From an uncultured virus (IMG/VR IMGVR_UViG_3300006175_000006) (Duplodnaviria; Heunggongvirae; Uroviricota; Caudoviricetes): a stretch of 64,000 nt of DNA. Shown here in pieces: positions 18,719 through 28,281 of this stretch. Every line of letters begins with the position of its first letter. Position 1 is the stretch's first letter. The notes under the pieces are model-generated. The model was not told where the DNA came from, searched no databases, and worked only from the letters and a program-made list of their open reading frames with translations. Where the stretch lies: positions 2,420-66,419 of IMG/VR virus record IMGVR_UViG_3300006175_000006. One strand, 5' to 3'. A program made the position numbers and the translations under genes.

Positions 18719-19014
18719 CTTAGGGCCTCTTCGACCATGGCCTGCCAAGATGCTTCACCGTCCTGACCCGGATATTCGTTAAAGGCCCTTACCATTGCCT
18801 CTGTTGGCTCGCGCATGATCGCGACCCCGGCGCGGGCCATGCGTAGGTACCATTCCCGTTTGACTGCTAGACCGTGCTCGATGCGGACGGCACTCCATTC
18901 CTCTTCGGGAGTTTCGGCGAGCCGGGCCAAAAGCTGCGGGTTCATTTCGGCGGCGACCGTCAGATAGCGAACGGCCTCCATAGCGGTACCAACCCGCTCA
19001 ACCATTTCACTCAT
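18715..19014 (-). CDS. Hypothetical phage protein
   Basis: MREPTEAMV...WQAMV motif; ATGA coupling. Confidence 0.6.
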   Translation of the reverse strand: MSEMVERVGTAMEAVRYLTVAAEMNPQLLARLAETPEEEWSAVRIEHGLAVKREWYLRMARAGVAIMREPTEAMVRAFNEYPGQDGEASWQAMVEEALR

Positions 19015-19319
19015 GGCCGCGTAAATCTCCCCCTGTCGACCTTTTTGATGTTCCCCTGCCGGTTGAGGTAGTGAAGCGCATTGTCGACCTGCTTGCGCGT
19101 GCCCAAGTGCTTCAAAGCCGGGTGCAGCGCGCCAATGCCAGCCGGTCCGGCGTTCGCGAAAATCACCCTCTCGATTTCGCGCGTGAGGTGTGAGGCTTTG
19201 CGCAAATCGCCCGGCTTCGGCCGCTTGGTCGGATCGGTCGGGTACGAAGCTACGTCCATGAAATATCCGCACACGGGACAGATCATCGGCTTTATCGGCG
19301 TAACGGGAATTTCGGTCAC
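19011..19319 (-). CDS. Hypothetical protein (CPxCG N-terminus, possible winged-helix C-terminus)
   Basis: GTGA coupling; ICPVCG; QVDNALHYLNRQGNIKKVDRGRF. Confidence 0.45.
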   Translation of the reverse strand: MTEIPVTPIKPMICPVCGYFMDVASYPTDPTKRPKPGDLRKASHLTREIERVIFANAGPAGIGALHPALKHLGTRKQVDNALHYLNRQGNIKKVDRGRFTRP

Positions 19320-19543
19320 GGTTGCTCGGGCTCCGGCTCGATCCCGTTGCACTTGTTACAAATGCGTCGCCCGTCGTCGTCAGTCTCTCCCCACTCGTGC
19401 TCGCAAGCGTCGTATTCAGCTTTCCATTCGAGATAGCACCCGAGGCAACAATAGACCTCGCCCATGCCGACAAGATCATCTTCGGATTTGAACGGCTGGC
19501 CGCAGCTTTCGCAGCAACCGAATTCCTCGTCGATCGCGTTCAT
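19316..19543 (-). CDS. Small acidic Cys-rich (zinc-finger-like) protein
   Basis: CESC, CCLGC, CEH, CNKC. Confidence 0.55.
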   Translation of the reverse strand: MNAIDEEFGCCESCGQPFKSEDDLVGMGEVYCCLGCYLEWKAEYDACEHEWGETDDDGRRICNKCNGIEPEPEQP

Positions 19544-19935
19544 GGCTTTAACCTCTTCTGGAACGGGCGCGACCGGATCTTCTGTTTGCGGTTGCGCCAA
19601 CGGCGCGGCTTGCTCGTTAGACCGCCCGGGCTTTTCCACTCGGCCGCCTTTTTGATTATTCGCTTCGTCTTGGCGATGCGGTGCTTTGAGGATCCTGCGG
19701 ACGTCGCCGGCGTGCCGTTCGTGATTACACGGTGACAGTCGTAATGGCTGAACCTGCAATTAGCCGGGATATCCGGGCCGCCCAAGGCAAGCTCGTGGAT
19801 GTGCTCTCTCTGCACCTGGTTGGGACCGGTTGGCATCTGCAGCGGCGCCTTGCAGCGGAAGCAGGGGATTTTAATGCCCTGGTGCAACAGCACGGCGACC
19901 ACTTGCCATTCGGCAAAGCGTCGGCGCTTAGACAT
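19540..19935 (-). CDS. HNH endonuclease
   Basis: CFRC...EHIHELALGG...N...HYDCH. Confidence 0.75.
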   Translation of the reverse strand: MSKRRRFAEWQVVAVLLHQGIKIPCFRCKAPLQMPTGPNQVQREHIHELALGGPDIPANCRFSHYDCHRVITNGTPATSAGSSKHRIAKTKRIIKKAAEWKSPGGLTSKPRRWRNRKQKIRSRPFQKRLKP

Positions 19936-20509
19936 GGGACAGCGCCTTCTCGACGGGCCAGCCGCGTCTGAGGCGATAGAGAACCGTGGTGTATTTCAGC
20001 CCGCGCGCCGATGCGGCTTCAGCAACAGTTGTTGTTACCCCGTCAATGCAGACGAATTTCGTGGTGGTGAATTTCCCACTCTTAAATGGGCTCGTAAAAT
20101 GTGTCGTGCTTACGGCATCATCATCCGATTTTCCTGCATCCAAGCGGCCACAAATAGTTGGATGAGGAACGCCGGTCATTTTGCTGGCTTGCGCGACCGT
20201 AACGCGCTCGCCATTGACCATCAGCGTGCGATTAAACGCCGGGCGATTATTGTTCTGGTCTATCGCCGTCGCCCAAACGCAGTTGTTTGGTTCATAATTC
20301 CCGGCTGTGTTTGAACGCTCTAAGCTGTGTTGAAGCGACGGACGCGGCCCCATGTCGGCCAGAAATCCGGCAAAGCTGTTGATCCATCTTTCGCAAATTC
20401 TGATCCCGCGCCCGCCATAGCGGTGGTATTTGGGCGCCTTGGGATTGAGGCAACGCTGCTTCATCGACTGCCACGATCTGTATGTCAGCCCGTCGCTGCG
20501 TTCGCTCAT
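19928..20509 (-). CDS. HNH-type homing endonuclease
   Basis: YRSWQSMKQRC..YGGRGIRICERW..FLADMG..GNYEPNNCVWAT. Confidence 0.8.
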   Translation of the reverse strand: MSERSDGLTYRSWQSMKQRCLNPKAPKYHRYGGRGIRICERWINSFAGFLADMGPRPSLQHSLERSNTAGNYEPNNCVWATAIDQNNNRPAFNRTLMVNGERVTVAQASKMTGVPHPTICGRLDAGKSDDDAVSTTHFTSPFKSGKFTTTKFVCIDGVTTTVAEAASARGLKYTTVLYRLRRGWPVEKALSHV

Positions 20510-20943
20510 TCGGGGACTTCCTTCTTCGGCCGGCGGTCCAGGCTCGCGGGAAGCTCTGGTTCCGTAAGGCGGACCGGCGGAACGTCGCGCGCCAATACCG
20601 GAAGATCGGCCCTGATGCGCTCTATTCCGCGCTCGATAATGTCTGCGCTCGTGAGGTTGCCGGGCGGCAAATCTTTCGAACTAAGCGGTGGGATCCCCGG
20701 CGGACCAAAGCAACGGATGCCATCTTCGTCCAGCGTTTCGACCAAAAACTTGTGCGGGTTCTCGATCACCCGGGCGAAGATCCGCGATATCAGCACAACC
20801 GAGTCCGGCATTTGCGCCTTCAAAGCCTTAGCGCGCTTCTCTGCCAATTCGTAAGTCTGAAACGGTCCGTCCGTGATCGGATTATTGGCGGTCAGGCGCG
20901 TAACAAATAGAAAGCCCGGCGCGGGCGCCGCTATGTCGGTCAT
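20506..20943 (-). CDS. Hypothetical protein
   Basis: GAGGGG SD; coupled to downstream gene. Confidence 0.55.
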   Translation of the reverse strand: MTDIAAPAPGFLFVTRLTANNPITDGPFQTYELAEKRAKALKAQMPDSVVLISRIFARVIENPHKFLVETLDEDGIRCFGPPGIPPLSSKDLPPGNLTSADIIERGIERIRADLPVLARDVPPVRLTEPELPASLDRRPKKEVPE

Positions 20944-20962
20944 GGGTTCCCCCTCTAGGCGG

Positions 20963-21193
20963 CTATTCAGGCCGCGGTGCGTCGATGATTTCGATTTCGA
21001 GCGGTTCGCGGGTGCGTTCCGGGACGGCCTCGCGCTCTTTGACCGTAATGCGGGCGCCGTAACTGTCGTAGCGGTTGCCCATTTCAACCTCGTCGATGGT
21101 CAGTCCTACACCGGGTGGCAGGCAGTTTTCCGTCACCCACTGGCTGATGATGCGCTGGACCTCTTCCGTTTTAAGCTCGATTTTCATTCTCAT
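20963..21193 (-). CDS. Hypothetical protein
   Basis: ATGA coupling to RecT stop. Confidence 0.55.
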   Translation of the reverse strand: MRMKIELKTEEVQRIISQWVTENCLPPGVGLTIDEVEMGNRYDSYGARITVKEREAVPERTREPLEIEIIDAPRPE

Positions 21194-22146
21194 GTTCCCC
21201 CTCCGGGCAAACTGGCAATGCGGTTGGCCTCTTTGCTCACGGCCTCAAGAAAGCCGGGAAGCAGGTCCTCGCGGTTCCTTTCGCGCAACAGGTCTGTGAC
21301 CCCTTCCGTGATCGCCTGCACCTCGTCGGGATCGGTGCATTGGGAAAGAGCGGCGCGCTTCTGATCAATCTCAGCGTCGATTTCCGAGCGCTCCACGGGC
21401 AACGGCTCAGGCTTCGGACCTGTCTCCGGCAAGGTCTCGCCGGGCTTGTGGTCGATCGCCTTCATGTTGTCGGGGTGAAAACCCTTCGTGCTTTTCTTTT
21501 TGATCCTGGATGCAAGGTCGGTGTTTTGGTTGGCCGGCGTGACGTCGGTGGCGTTTTCCCCCGGCGCCTCGCGGTCCAACTCATCTTCCGAATAGATCCC
21601 GAGCAACACGTCTGGACAAAATCTCCGGGCCCAGGCGCGCACGCTGTAATACCAAAGCTGCTGTCGCGGGTCGGATTTCCAAAGCGGCGAATTCTTGACC
21701 GTGATCTTGCCGAACGCCGGAGAGGTATATTCGAGCGGGTCCACTTCGCCTTTGAAATGCCCCGTGACGGTACAGGTGAGTGTGTCGCCTTCTCCGTCAT
21801 ACGTCGCGCGAAGCCGCTGTTTGAGCGGTGCGCGGGCCTCGACAACAGCGTGGATAAGCTGCGACTCGTAGGCGATGCGGTCGTTGACCTCGTAGGACTT
21901 GTTCGCGACCGCCACGGGCGACATGCGCCATTCCAGCGCTTGAATTGTCACGGCAAGGCAGGCGCCGGGGTTGCCGCGCAGATGCTTCGGGATCGCCGTG
22001 CCCGCAACACTTAAAAGCTTGGCGAACTCGAGTAGCTCTCCCATGCTCGTAAAGGAAATCCCGCCGACGTTATCGCTGATTTCGATGGCGCCGGCCGCTA
22101 CGCGGTCGATCTTCTTTTCGATGAGTTCTAAATCTTGAACGGCCAT
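21190..22146 (-). CDS. recT: RecT-family single-strand annealing protein
   Basis: IPKHLRGNPGAC..MSPVAVANKSY..LWKSDPRQQL..RAWARRFCPDVLLGIYSEDEL; next to RecE-like gene. Confidence 0.85.
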   Translation of the reverse strand: MAVQDLELIEKKIDRVAAGAIEISDNVGGISFTSMGELLEFAKLLSVAGTAIPKHLRGNPGACLAVTIQALEWRMSPVAVANKSYEVNDRIAYESQLIHAVVEARAPLKQRLRATYDGEGDTLTCTVTGHFKGEVDPLEYTSPAFGKITVKNSPLWKSDPRQQLWYYSVRAWARRFCPDVLLGIYSEDELDREAPGENATDVTPANQNTDLASRIKKKSTKGFHPDNMKAIDHKPGETLPETGPKPEPLPVERSEIDAEIDQKRAALSQCTDPDEVQAITEGVTDLLRERNREDLLPGFLEAVSKEANRIASLPGGGT

Positions 22147-22152
22147 GGCTGG

Positions 22153-22680
22153 TTAGGCTCCCTGAGAAAGTGTCTGTTGCTTGAACGGTCGGCGATTTCT
22201 GTTTTGCTCTGTATACGTCGCCCACCGACAATTCGATGGCTCATAATCTCCGTCGCGGTCGGGATAGCGGTCGATCGTGTACCGCGGCCCGGGTTTTGCT
22301 CCCATGTCGGCAAGAAAAGCCTCAAAGGATTCGCGCCAGCGTCGGCAGACCACAATTCCCCGGCCGCCATAATATTCAAAGCGATTGTCCTTGCTGTTGT
22401 GACAGCGGTGGATCATGCGAGCCCATGAGCGATATTCCGCCGTGCGGCTGAGTCGGTGCGTTCCATTTTTGCTTCCGATGCGTGCCATTGTCTCGCGCCG
22501 CAGACAGCCACAAGACCGCTTCGCGGCCCTGTCTCGGGTCAGTATATCCGTCCGTGCGCTGCACTCGGTTCCGCAGTCACAGCGGCAAAGCCATAAGCGG
22601 CGCTCATTGAGTGATCCGCCACCGGCAATGACTAGCAGGCGACCAAACCTCTGACCGACAAGATTGCGCGGGGCGCTCAT
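22153..22680 (-). CDS. HNH-type homing endonuclease between recE and recT
   Basis: GQRFGRL..WLCRCDCG..SCGC..YGGRGIVVCRRW..DYEPSNCRWAT. Confidence 0.8.
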   Translation of the reverse strand: MSAPRNLVGQRFGRLLVIAGGGSLNERRLWLCRCDCGTECSARTDILTRDRAAKRSCGCLRRETMARIGSKNGTHRLSRTAEYRSWARMIHRCHNSKDNRFEYYGGRGIVVCRRWRESFEAFLADMGAKPGPRYTIDRYPDRDGDYEPSNCRWATYTEQNRNRRPFKQQTLSQGA

Positions 22681-23636
22681 CCGGCTCCCATGTAATCCGC
22701 GGCTTTCGCCTTTTCGGTTTTGGACTGATAAACCTTCTCTTCGAACTCAATATCCCGGTCGATCCGGGCCTGCTGCCATGCCGGAATTTCGATGAATTCC
22801 GCTTCCTGATCACCGCCCGGGCCGGGCCAATCATTTGCCGCCAAGCAGTCCGCGAATTTGCGCAGCGCTATCCGGTTCTGGGCCTGGCCGCGTGCGATAT
22901 CGCACTCTTTGAGTGTGACAATCCGCACAGAACACGGCGGGTCCTTCTCGATGAAGCAGAAGGAAAATGACGTCATTGGCCGCCCGGTCACCTCTTTGTA
23001 GGCTTCGCCCACAAGCGCGGCCTGCTGGTGATATCCGTACTTGCCAATGGAATATGAAAGCTCGTCGTAATTGACGTCGCTCGTCGTCTTGACGTCGCAA
23101 AAATCGCCCGAGTCGTTCGGGATCACATCCGGCCGGGTCTTTTTCCAGACCCCGGTTTCCTTGTCCTTCGAAATTATAGATTGCTCGACGTCGCCGTTCA
23201 GAATTCCGGCGTTCACCAACGGATGCTTCGCCAGCGAGCGGGCCATGTACCGGATTAGATCCAGGTGCTTGGGCTCCAAAACGGTGCGGCCCTCGTCGAT
23301 CTGCTCCTGTCGCCATTGCTTTGCCGCGTCGGTCCGCCACGAGTCCCACTTTTCCGGCCGGACCACAAACGCGGTCGTAAACGCATCTTCGCCCAAAATC
23401 AGGTGGTGAGCGGCGCGGCCGAAAAGGAAATGCTCGGGCTCTTTGCCGTCGTCCAGCCGGTCTGGGTTCAAAGGCGACTGGCACCAATAATGTGCCGGCG
23501 AACGCTGCGTGATCATGCGCAAGCCCGAACTCGATATGGACGGGCCAATGCAACAATCGTCGTGATAGGTCTCGATCGGCAACCCGGTGTAAATCCCGGG
23601 GCGGCGGATCTTGCCGCGGTCCCATGGGATGATCAT
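22677..23636 (-). CDS. RecE/exonuclease VIII-like PD-(D/E)xK nuclease
   Basis: ISSSGL..SPAHY..FGRAAH..KTRPD..DVKTT..YHQQAA. Confidence 0.85.
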   Translation of the reverse strand: MIIPWDRGKIRRPGIYTGLPIETYHDDCCIGPSISSSGLRMITQRSPAHYWCQSPLNPDRLDDGKEPEHFLFGRAAHHLILGEDAFTTAFVVRPEKWDSWRTDAAKQWRQEQIDEGRTVLEPKHLDLIRYMARSLAKHPLVNAGILNGDVEQSIISKDKETGVWKKTRPDVIPNDSGDFCDVKTTSDVNYDELSYSIGKYGYHQQAALVGEAYKEVTGRPMTSFSFCFIEKDPPCSVRIVTLKECDIARGQAQNRIALRKFADCLAANDWPGPGGDQEAEFIEIPAWQQARIDRDIEFEEKVYQSKTEKAKAADYMGAG

Positions 23637-23902
23637 GGCGAATTCCTCGCGATGAAAATTCGATCCTGTCCGGCGCCGCTATAGGGATTGTTAATCTCGA
23701 TCAATTCGCCAAGCTCAACCAAGCGGTCGATGCAGGCGAGCATGTCCCAGACTTCGCCGGTGACGACGCAGATAAGCTTGCCGCTCGAGACCGCGCCGGC
23801 GAGACCGGTCAGTTCCTTGGCTTTGTCCCTGATTTTCAGAAACATCACCTGCCCGTCCTCGGTGAACACCTTGGGGCGCTGTGTTTGGTAGCTGTAGCCC
23901 AC
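23633..23902 (-). CDS. Hypothetical phage protein
   Basis: ORF coupled to RecE start. Confidence 0.6.
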   Translation of the reverse strand: MGYSYQTQRPKVFTEDGQVMFLKIRDKAKELTGLAGAVSSGKLICVVTGEVWDMLACIDRLVELGELIEINNPYSGAGQDRIFIARNSP

Positions 23903-23905
23903 GGC

Positions 23906-24088
23906 CTAATCGTTCCTCGCGTGGGGAAACTCGCCCCCAATTCCGCCGGGCTTCCCCTGGCGGCACGTCTTCTTTCCGTCGTCGCAATAGGAACAGTTGT
24001 GGTTGACGAAAATTCCGGTTCGGCCGTAGTCGGGCCCCATGGCCTTTTCCATGTGCTCCCGCAAGATGGCGCGCGCTTTCTCGTTCAT
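23906..24088 (-). CDS. Small Cys/His protein
   Basis: HNCSYCDDG..C..PHARND. Confidence 0.5.
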   Translation of the reverse strand: MNEKARAILREHMEKAMGPDYGRTGIFVNHNCSYCDDGKKTCRQGKPGGIGGEFPHARND

Positions 24089-25035
24089 GGCGCGAACCCA
24101 CCATCGGACGTATAAACCCGGCTATGCGCTGTCGCCTTGGCGGTGAACCCGGCGGCGTTGCGGTGCCCGCCCCCGCCAAAGGTCAAAGCAACCTTTGACA
24201 CGTCGAATTCGCCGCGGGATCGAAGGCTGTACTGCCAAAGCCCGGGACGGACTTCGAAGTATGAAGCGCCGAAATCCACGTCGTCGCCGCATAATTCGCC
24301 GGCAACCTCGGAAGCGGCGAAGTAGGGCGCGTTGGCGATGCGACAGGTGACCCAGACATTATCACCAATCTCCATGACTGCCGGATAGGCGCTTCGCTTC
24401 AATTCCTCGATGCGGGCGCGGTAGTAGCGCTGAATATGCGTGCCTTCCGAAATCAACCGGTCAACCCCACTGTCCCAACAGAGTTGATTCCAGACGGTAA
24501 AGTCCTGCGGATAGCTCCTGAGCGCGATGGTGAACTCGTCGCCCCGGGGGAGCCGTTTGCGCCACAGATCGCGGTCCTCAAGATAGTTGATGAATTCCGG
24601 GCGGTTCTCGTGGCCCATAAAATAGTCCCATGTCATTCCGGCGCCGGACCGGTTCATATCGAATTCGGCCCAGATGATAGGGCGGATGGGCGGCGGGTTG
24701 CGGGCGAACAAAAACCGCTCGCAATAATCATCAAAATCCGGAACTTGGCCCATGGGAACATCGGACGAAATCCCGGACAGGTCCTCCTGAGCGCTCTTGT
24801 GGTGGTCCAGAATTAAGACCGAATGGGCCTTCGCTGCCATTTCCAGCAGGACCGGGCGCTTGTAGGAAAAGTCCACAATGGCAACGTGCCGGTCCGTGAC
24901 GTCCGGGGGCGGCTGCTGATAAACGCCGGGGTAGAACTCAACATTCTCGTCGCCAAGGGCCTGGCGGACCGCCCACGCGGCGCCAAAACCATCGTCACAT
25001 CCCCCATGGAATATGCAGAGAAGTCTTTTGGTCAT
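24085..25035 (-). CDS. DHH/DHHA1 phosphoesterase (NrnB-like)
   Basis: CDDG, VDFS, LDHH, SGA, DRDLW, SLRS, GGGGHRNAAGF. Confidence 0.9.
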   Translation of the reverse strand: MTKRLLCIFHGGCDDGFGAAWAVRQALGDENVEFYPGVYQQPPPDVTDRHVAIVDFSYKRPVLLEMAAKAHSVLILDHHKSAQEDLSGISSDVPMGQVPDFDDYCERFLFARNPPPIRPIIWAEFDMNRSGAGMTWDYFMGHENRPEFINYLEDRDLWRKRLPRGDEFTIALRSYPQDFTVWNQLCWDSGVDRLISEGTHIQRYYRARIEELKRSAYPAVMEIGDNVWVTCRIANAPYFAASEVAGELCGDDVDFGASYFEVRPGLWQYSLRSRGEFDVSKVALTFGGGGHRNAAGFTAKATAHSRVYTSDGGFAP

Positions 25036-25403
25036 GCGAAATCCTCATCGTGAACGATTGCGACGTCACCCACGATTTGATGGGTTGTGCCGGGATTGCA
25101 GATTGCGTGGTAAAGCTCGGTCGCCCGTTGATTCACAGGCTTAAGGGCCCGGACTGGCTGCAATTTATATCGCCCGTCCCCCACTTCGACCATTGTGGAT
25201 TCATACCCTCGGTCGTCTATCGCCATCACAAGGTCGCTGCCATCGGCCTTCCCTATGCGGATGAATTCCAAGGTTTTGGCGCCAATCAGGGTCTCGATAT
25301 TCCTGATCGTCGGCGGTGTGCGGAATACGACGTCCTCGCCTTCCGTCGAAATCACCAAGATTGTGCGTGGTGCCACATTCGGGAGCGTCATTTCCTGCCC
25401 CAT
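25032..25403 (-). CDS. DUF3846-like protein
   Basis: DDRG...PVNQRATEL...IVGDVAIV. Confidence 0.55.
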   Translation of the reverse strand: MGQEMTLPNVAPRTILVISTEGEDVVFRTPPTIRNIETLIGAKTLEFIRIGKADGSDLVMAIDDRGYESTMVEVGDGRYKLQPVRALKPVNQRATELYHAICNPGTTHQIVGDVAIVHDEDFA

Positions 25404-25741
25404 TCGAATAACCGGTCCGTTTCCGCCGGTACTTTTTCCTCACCCAGGATCACGCGGACGTCGACAACCTCGCCGTCCTTTAGGTCGTCGAAGTGCTCTT
25501 GGATGTATTGATGCGCGGCGCACATGGTACGGCTGCCAACCCAATCGTATGGATCGGAATGTGCCCTCTGATCGTCCATGTGCATCAGGACAATCCCGCT
25601 CCCGTCGCGCGGATATCCGGCTTTGGAGTGGAACAGCCATTCTTGCGCGACGTCCCCGGGCTCGGCCAACATGCGGATGGCAAGCCCCGGGATACAGGTC
25701 GCCCGGTCGCGGATTTCCAGGGCCTTGGCCTCAAGCTTCAT
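25388..25741 (-). CDS. Hypothetical phage protein
   Basis: LEIRDRATCIP..DPYDW..RTM..AHQYI..DGEVVDV. Confidence 0.65.
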   Translation of the reverse strand: MKLEAKALEIRDRATCIPGLAIRMLAEPGDVAQEWLFHSKAGYPRDGSGIVLMHMDDQRAHSDPYDWVGSRTMCAAHQYIQEHFDDLKDGEVVDVRVILGEEKVPAETDRLFEWGRK

Positions 25742-26079
25742 GGCAGATCGTCCCTATACATTTCGCGGCGTTCATCGCGCATTTCGCGCTCGTAATCCGG
25801 ATCGCGGCCGCTCTCGTAATCTTCGCGGATGGCCTCATAAACCGCGTCGCTCTGCAGAAGGTCGTCGGTCAGGATTTCCCGAAGCCAGTCCGGGATTTCG
25901 AGCGCCTTGTTTTCGCCGGCGAGGGTGAGCCCGTCGATCGTAACTTCGAATTCCATGGCCTCGGGCGGTTCGCCGGGCTGGTTTAGGTCGGCCTGGCGGC
26001 CGGGGTACGCGGCCGCCGTCACGTTGTAACTGTATTCGACGGTTACCAACTGGCCGGCAATCTCGACGTCGTGGTTCAT
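25738..26079 (-). CDS. Acidic hypothetical protein
   Basis: AAGGAG SD; ATGA coupling. Confidence 0.6.
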   Translation of the reverse strand: MNHDVEIAGQLVTVEYSYNVTAAAYPGRQADLNQPGEPPEAMEFEVTIDGLTLAGENKALEIPDWLREILTDDLLQSDAVYEAIREDYESGRDPDYEREMRDERREMYRDDLP

Positions 26080-26318
26080 AGGCCGTGCTCCTTGCTGAGA
26101 AATTCGTAATGCGCCTTCTCGTAAGTTTCGGCGGCTTTGTTGCAAATCTCGGAGAGGCGGACGAATTCAGCGCGCCAATGGTCCAGGATCGCCCCTTCGA
26201 CGCGTGGCGGACGGACGTTGATGTGGTTGATCAGCGCGGTCTCGGCGTTGATGTATTCCTGCCAAACCGACAGAAAAGCCAAGTATTTAGCGGTTGTCCA
26301 ATCGCCCGGCGCGGTCAT
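26076..26318 (-). CDS. First gene of leftward early operon, hypothetical
   Basis: Directly downstream of leftward promoter. Confidence 0.55.
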   Translation of the reverse strand: MTAPGDWTTAKYLAFLSVWQEYINAETALINHINVRPPRVEGAILDHWRAEFVRLSEICNKAAETYEKAHYEFLSKEHGL

Positions 26319-26343
26319 CTTCTCTGCTCTCTATGCTGAACGG

Positions 26344-26416
26344 AACATAAGCCTTGCCGCTCCCACGGTCAACACACTAAACAACGCTTGCGGAATAAAC
26401 TTGGTGCCGCTATGTT
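26344..26416. promoter_or_regulatory. Back-to-back divergent sigma70-type promoters
   Basis: Minus: TTGACC(26372-26367)-N17-TATGTT; plus: TTGCGG(26388-26393)-N17-TATGTT(26411-26416). Confidence 0.75.
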
Positions 26417-26421
26417 AAATC

Positions 26422-26640
26422 ATGCTGGAAATTGAGGACGGAATTCCGTTCGTCGAAGCCGAAGTCCAGATCGCGCCCACGATCCGCGCGCTCGGGCCCA
26501 ATCAAAGCGTTTTCATTCCGGCACCACCACAATCCGTCCACACCATTCTGACTCGTATCCGACGCGAATTCCCGGACCGGGACTATCGCGCGAAGCAGGA
26601 AAAGGGTCGTATCGGGATCCGCGTTTGGCGGCTCAAATAG
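26422..26640 (+). CDS. Small putative DNA-binding protein, probably leaderless
   Basis: 72 aa ending GIRVWRLK; ATG 5 nt after the -10 hexamer; no SD. Confidence 0.6.
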   Translation: MLEIEDGIPFVEAEVQIAPTIRALGPNQSVFIPAPPQSVHTILTRIRREFPDRDYRAKQEKGRIGIRVWRLK

Positions 26641-26655
26641 GGGAGCAACAGCACA

Positions 26656-27285
26656 GTGGCGAAAGCAAAGAAAACCGGCGGCAAGAGACGTTCAAAGGCC
26701 GAGTCCATGACGGGCGCGAAGGAAAACGAGACCGAAGTTCGCAAAGGCGAATTGGCGCTCGGTGAACCGGTGCAGATTGAGTCGAAGGATTTTCATTTCC
26801 ACATGCGCGCCATCAAGGCCGCTCTCGAGCGGAAGGACTCGGCGGTTGCCGTGGTGCGTAGCTCGTACAAAGCGGCCAACGCGGTCAATCCGCACCTGGG
26901 CGGCACGATTAAAGACGTGATCGCAATGGAAAGGGCCGACGATCCGGCTTCATTGAAGCAGAAGCTTGAAGTCCTCGGGATCGCGCTCAAGGAAACTGGC
27001 TCGCCCGTCCAACTTTCCGTGCATGATATTCTGATGGGCGACCCGAAAGACGTCGCCTATAAGCGCGGCAAGGATGCCGGCGCGAACGGTCAAACGCTCG
27101 CCAATCCCTATCCGGTCGGTTCGGACCTGGCGGAACAATATCAAACCGGTTGGCGTAACGGCATGGGCGGGAACGCGGGCCTCACACCCGAACAGACCCA
27201 GGCCGCCATCAACAAGCAAGATGAGGCGACCTTGGCCGGCGAACCGTTGCCGCCCACAGATCCCCCGCGGCCGGCTGCGGCGTGA
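26656..27285 (+). CDS. GapR-like helical protein with C-terminal Rmf-like motif
   Basis: Helical N-half; AYKRGKDAG..NPY..YQTGWRNG. Confidence 0.5.
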   Translation: MAKAKKTGGKRRSKAESMTGAKENETEVRKGELALGEPVQIESKDFHFHMRAIKAALERKDSAVAVVRSSYKAANAVNPHLGGTIKDVIAMERADDPASLKQKLEVLGIALKETGSPVQLSVHDILMGDPKDVAYKRGKDAGANGQTLANPYPVGSDLAEQYQTGWRNGMGGNAGLTPEQTQAAINKQDEATLAGEPLPPTDPPRPAAA

Positions 27286-27818
27286 ACCGGGACGGGGTTA
27301 TCGCTCTCGACCTGAACACCAAAAGCTGCGGCGTCGCCTATGGCAAATTCGATTGGGCGGCGCCGAAGCTTACCACCTGGTCGCTGCCCGGCGCGGGCGA
27401 TGAAGGCGCGCTGACGCTGGCCTACGGCCGTCTGTATGCGTCGATCATCGGGATTGCCGATGTTGTATGCCCGGCGTGGGTGGCAATCGAAGCGCCGTTT
27501 TTCTCGTTCGGCGGCAAGACCAACGCTCACACTCTTTCTGTGCTCAACGGTTTGGCGGCCGTGGCCCGGGCTGCTGGCGTTAATTGCGGGGCGCGACTGG
27601 ATATCGTCGCGGTCTCAACCTGGCGGAAGCATTTTCTGGCGCATGGCCGGCCGGCGGACCCGAAAGGCGCGACTCTGCATATGTGCAAGATCCTGGGCTG
27701 GTCGCCGAAAAACGATGATGAGGGCGACGCTGCAGGGCTCTGGGCCTATGAAATGGCCCTGCGCTATCCGAAATGGGGCCCGGGCACGGCGCCGCTGTTG
27801 GCGAGGGTTTCGACATGA
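27282..27818 (+). CDS. RuvC-like Holliday junction resolvase
   Basis: IALDL, VAIEAP, TWRKHF, DDEGDA. Confidence 0.75.
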   Translation: MNRDGVIALDLNTKSCGVAYGKFDWAAPKLTTWSLPGAGDEGALTLAYGRLYASIIGIADVVCPAWVAIEAPFFSFGGKTNAHTLSVLNGLAAVARAAGVNCGARLDIVAVSTWRKHFLAHGRPADPKGATLHMCKILGWSPKNDDEGDAAGLWAYEMALRYPKWGPGTAPLLARVST

Positions 27819-28069
27819 CGCACAATCTCAGACAACGCCATCCGTCGAACGCGGTCGGCGACAATCCCATGGTCGTGTCCCTGCGGTACCGGTGCGAGTG
27901 CGCGACAAACGAAGTGCTCAACATTCAGGTCGTAATGGACATGAACGCTTCGGAAGATCAATTCGTCTGGACGATGCGCAATCTCTGGCGCGACGTGAAA
28001 TTTGAAGTTCAGCAGCATCTTAATCGCCCGGAACCGGCGCCGCTTGAGTGCGAATCGGTTGGGGTGTAG
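27815..28069 (+). CDS. Hypothetical protein
   Basis: ATGA coupling. Confidence 0.45.
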   Translation: MTHNLRQRHPSNAVGDNPMVVSLRYRCECATNEVLNIQVVMDMNASEDQFVWTMRNLWRDVKFEVQQHLNRPEPAPLECESVGV

Positions 28070-28101
28070 GTCTCGCCTGCAACCCTCGGAGTTAAAACCC
28101 G

Positions 28102-28281
28102 ATGCGCCTGAAAGATGAGACCAAAGCCTTAGAGCATATTGCGAAGCTGATTGAGAAAGCCGGGACGTGCGACGACTCGGCCGATGCGATGCGGTTTTCG
28201 CAAGCGGCGTGCAATGCCGCGAACACAAACGCCAGTCTTTTCCACACTGACAATTCCGCGCCGGTAACTGCGGCCGCTTAA
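28102..28281 (+). CDS. 59-aa helical protein (LIEKA..DAMRFSQAACNAAN)
   Basis: GGAG SD within hairpin; below ORF-track cutoff; hairpin gccgc..gcggc at stop. Confidence 0.55.
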   Translation: MRLKDETKALEHIAKLIEKAGTCDDSADAMRFSQAACNAANTNASLFHTDNSAPVTAAA

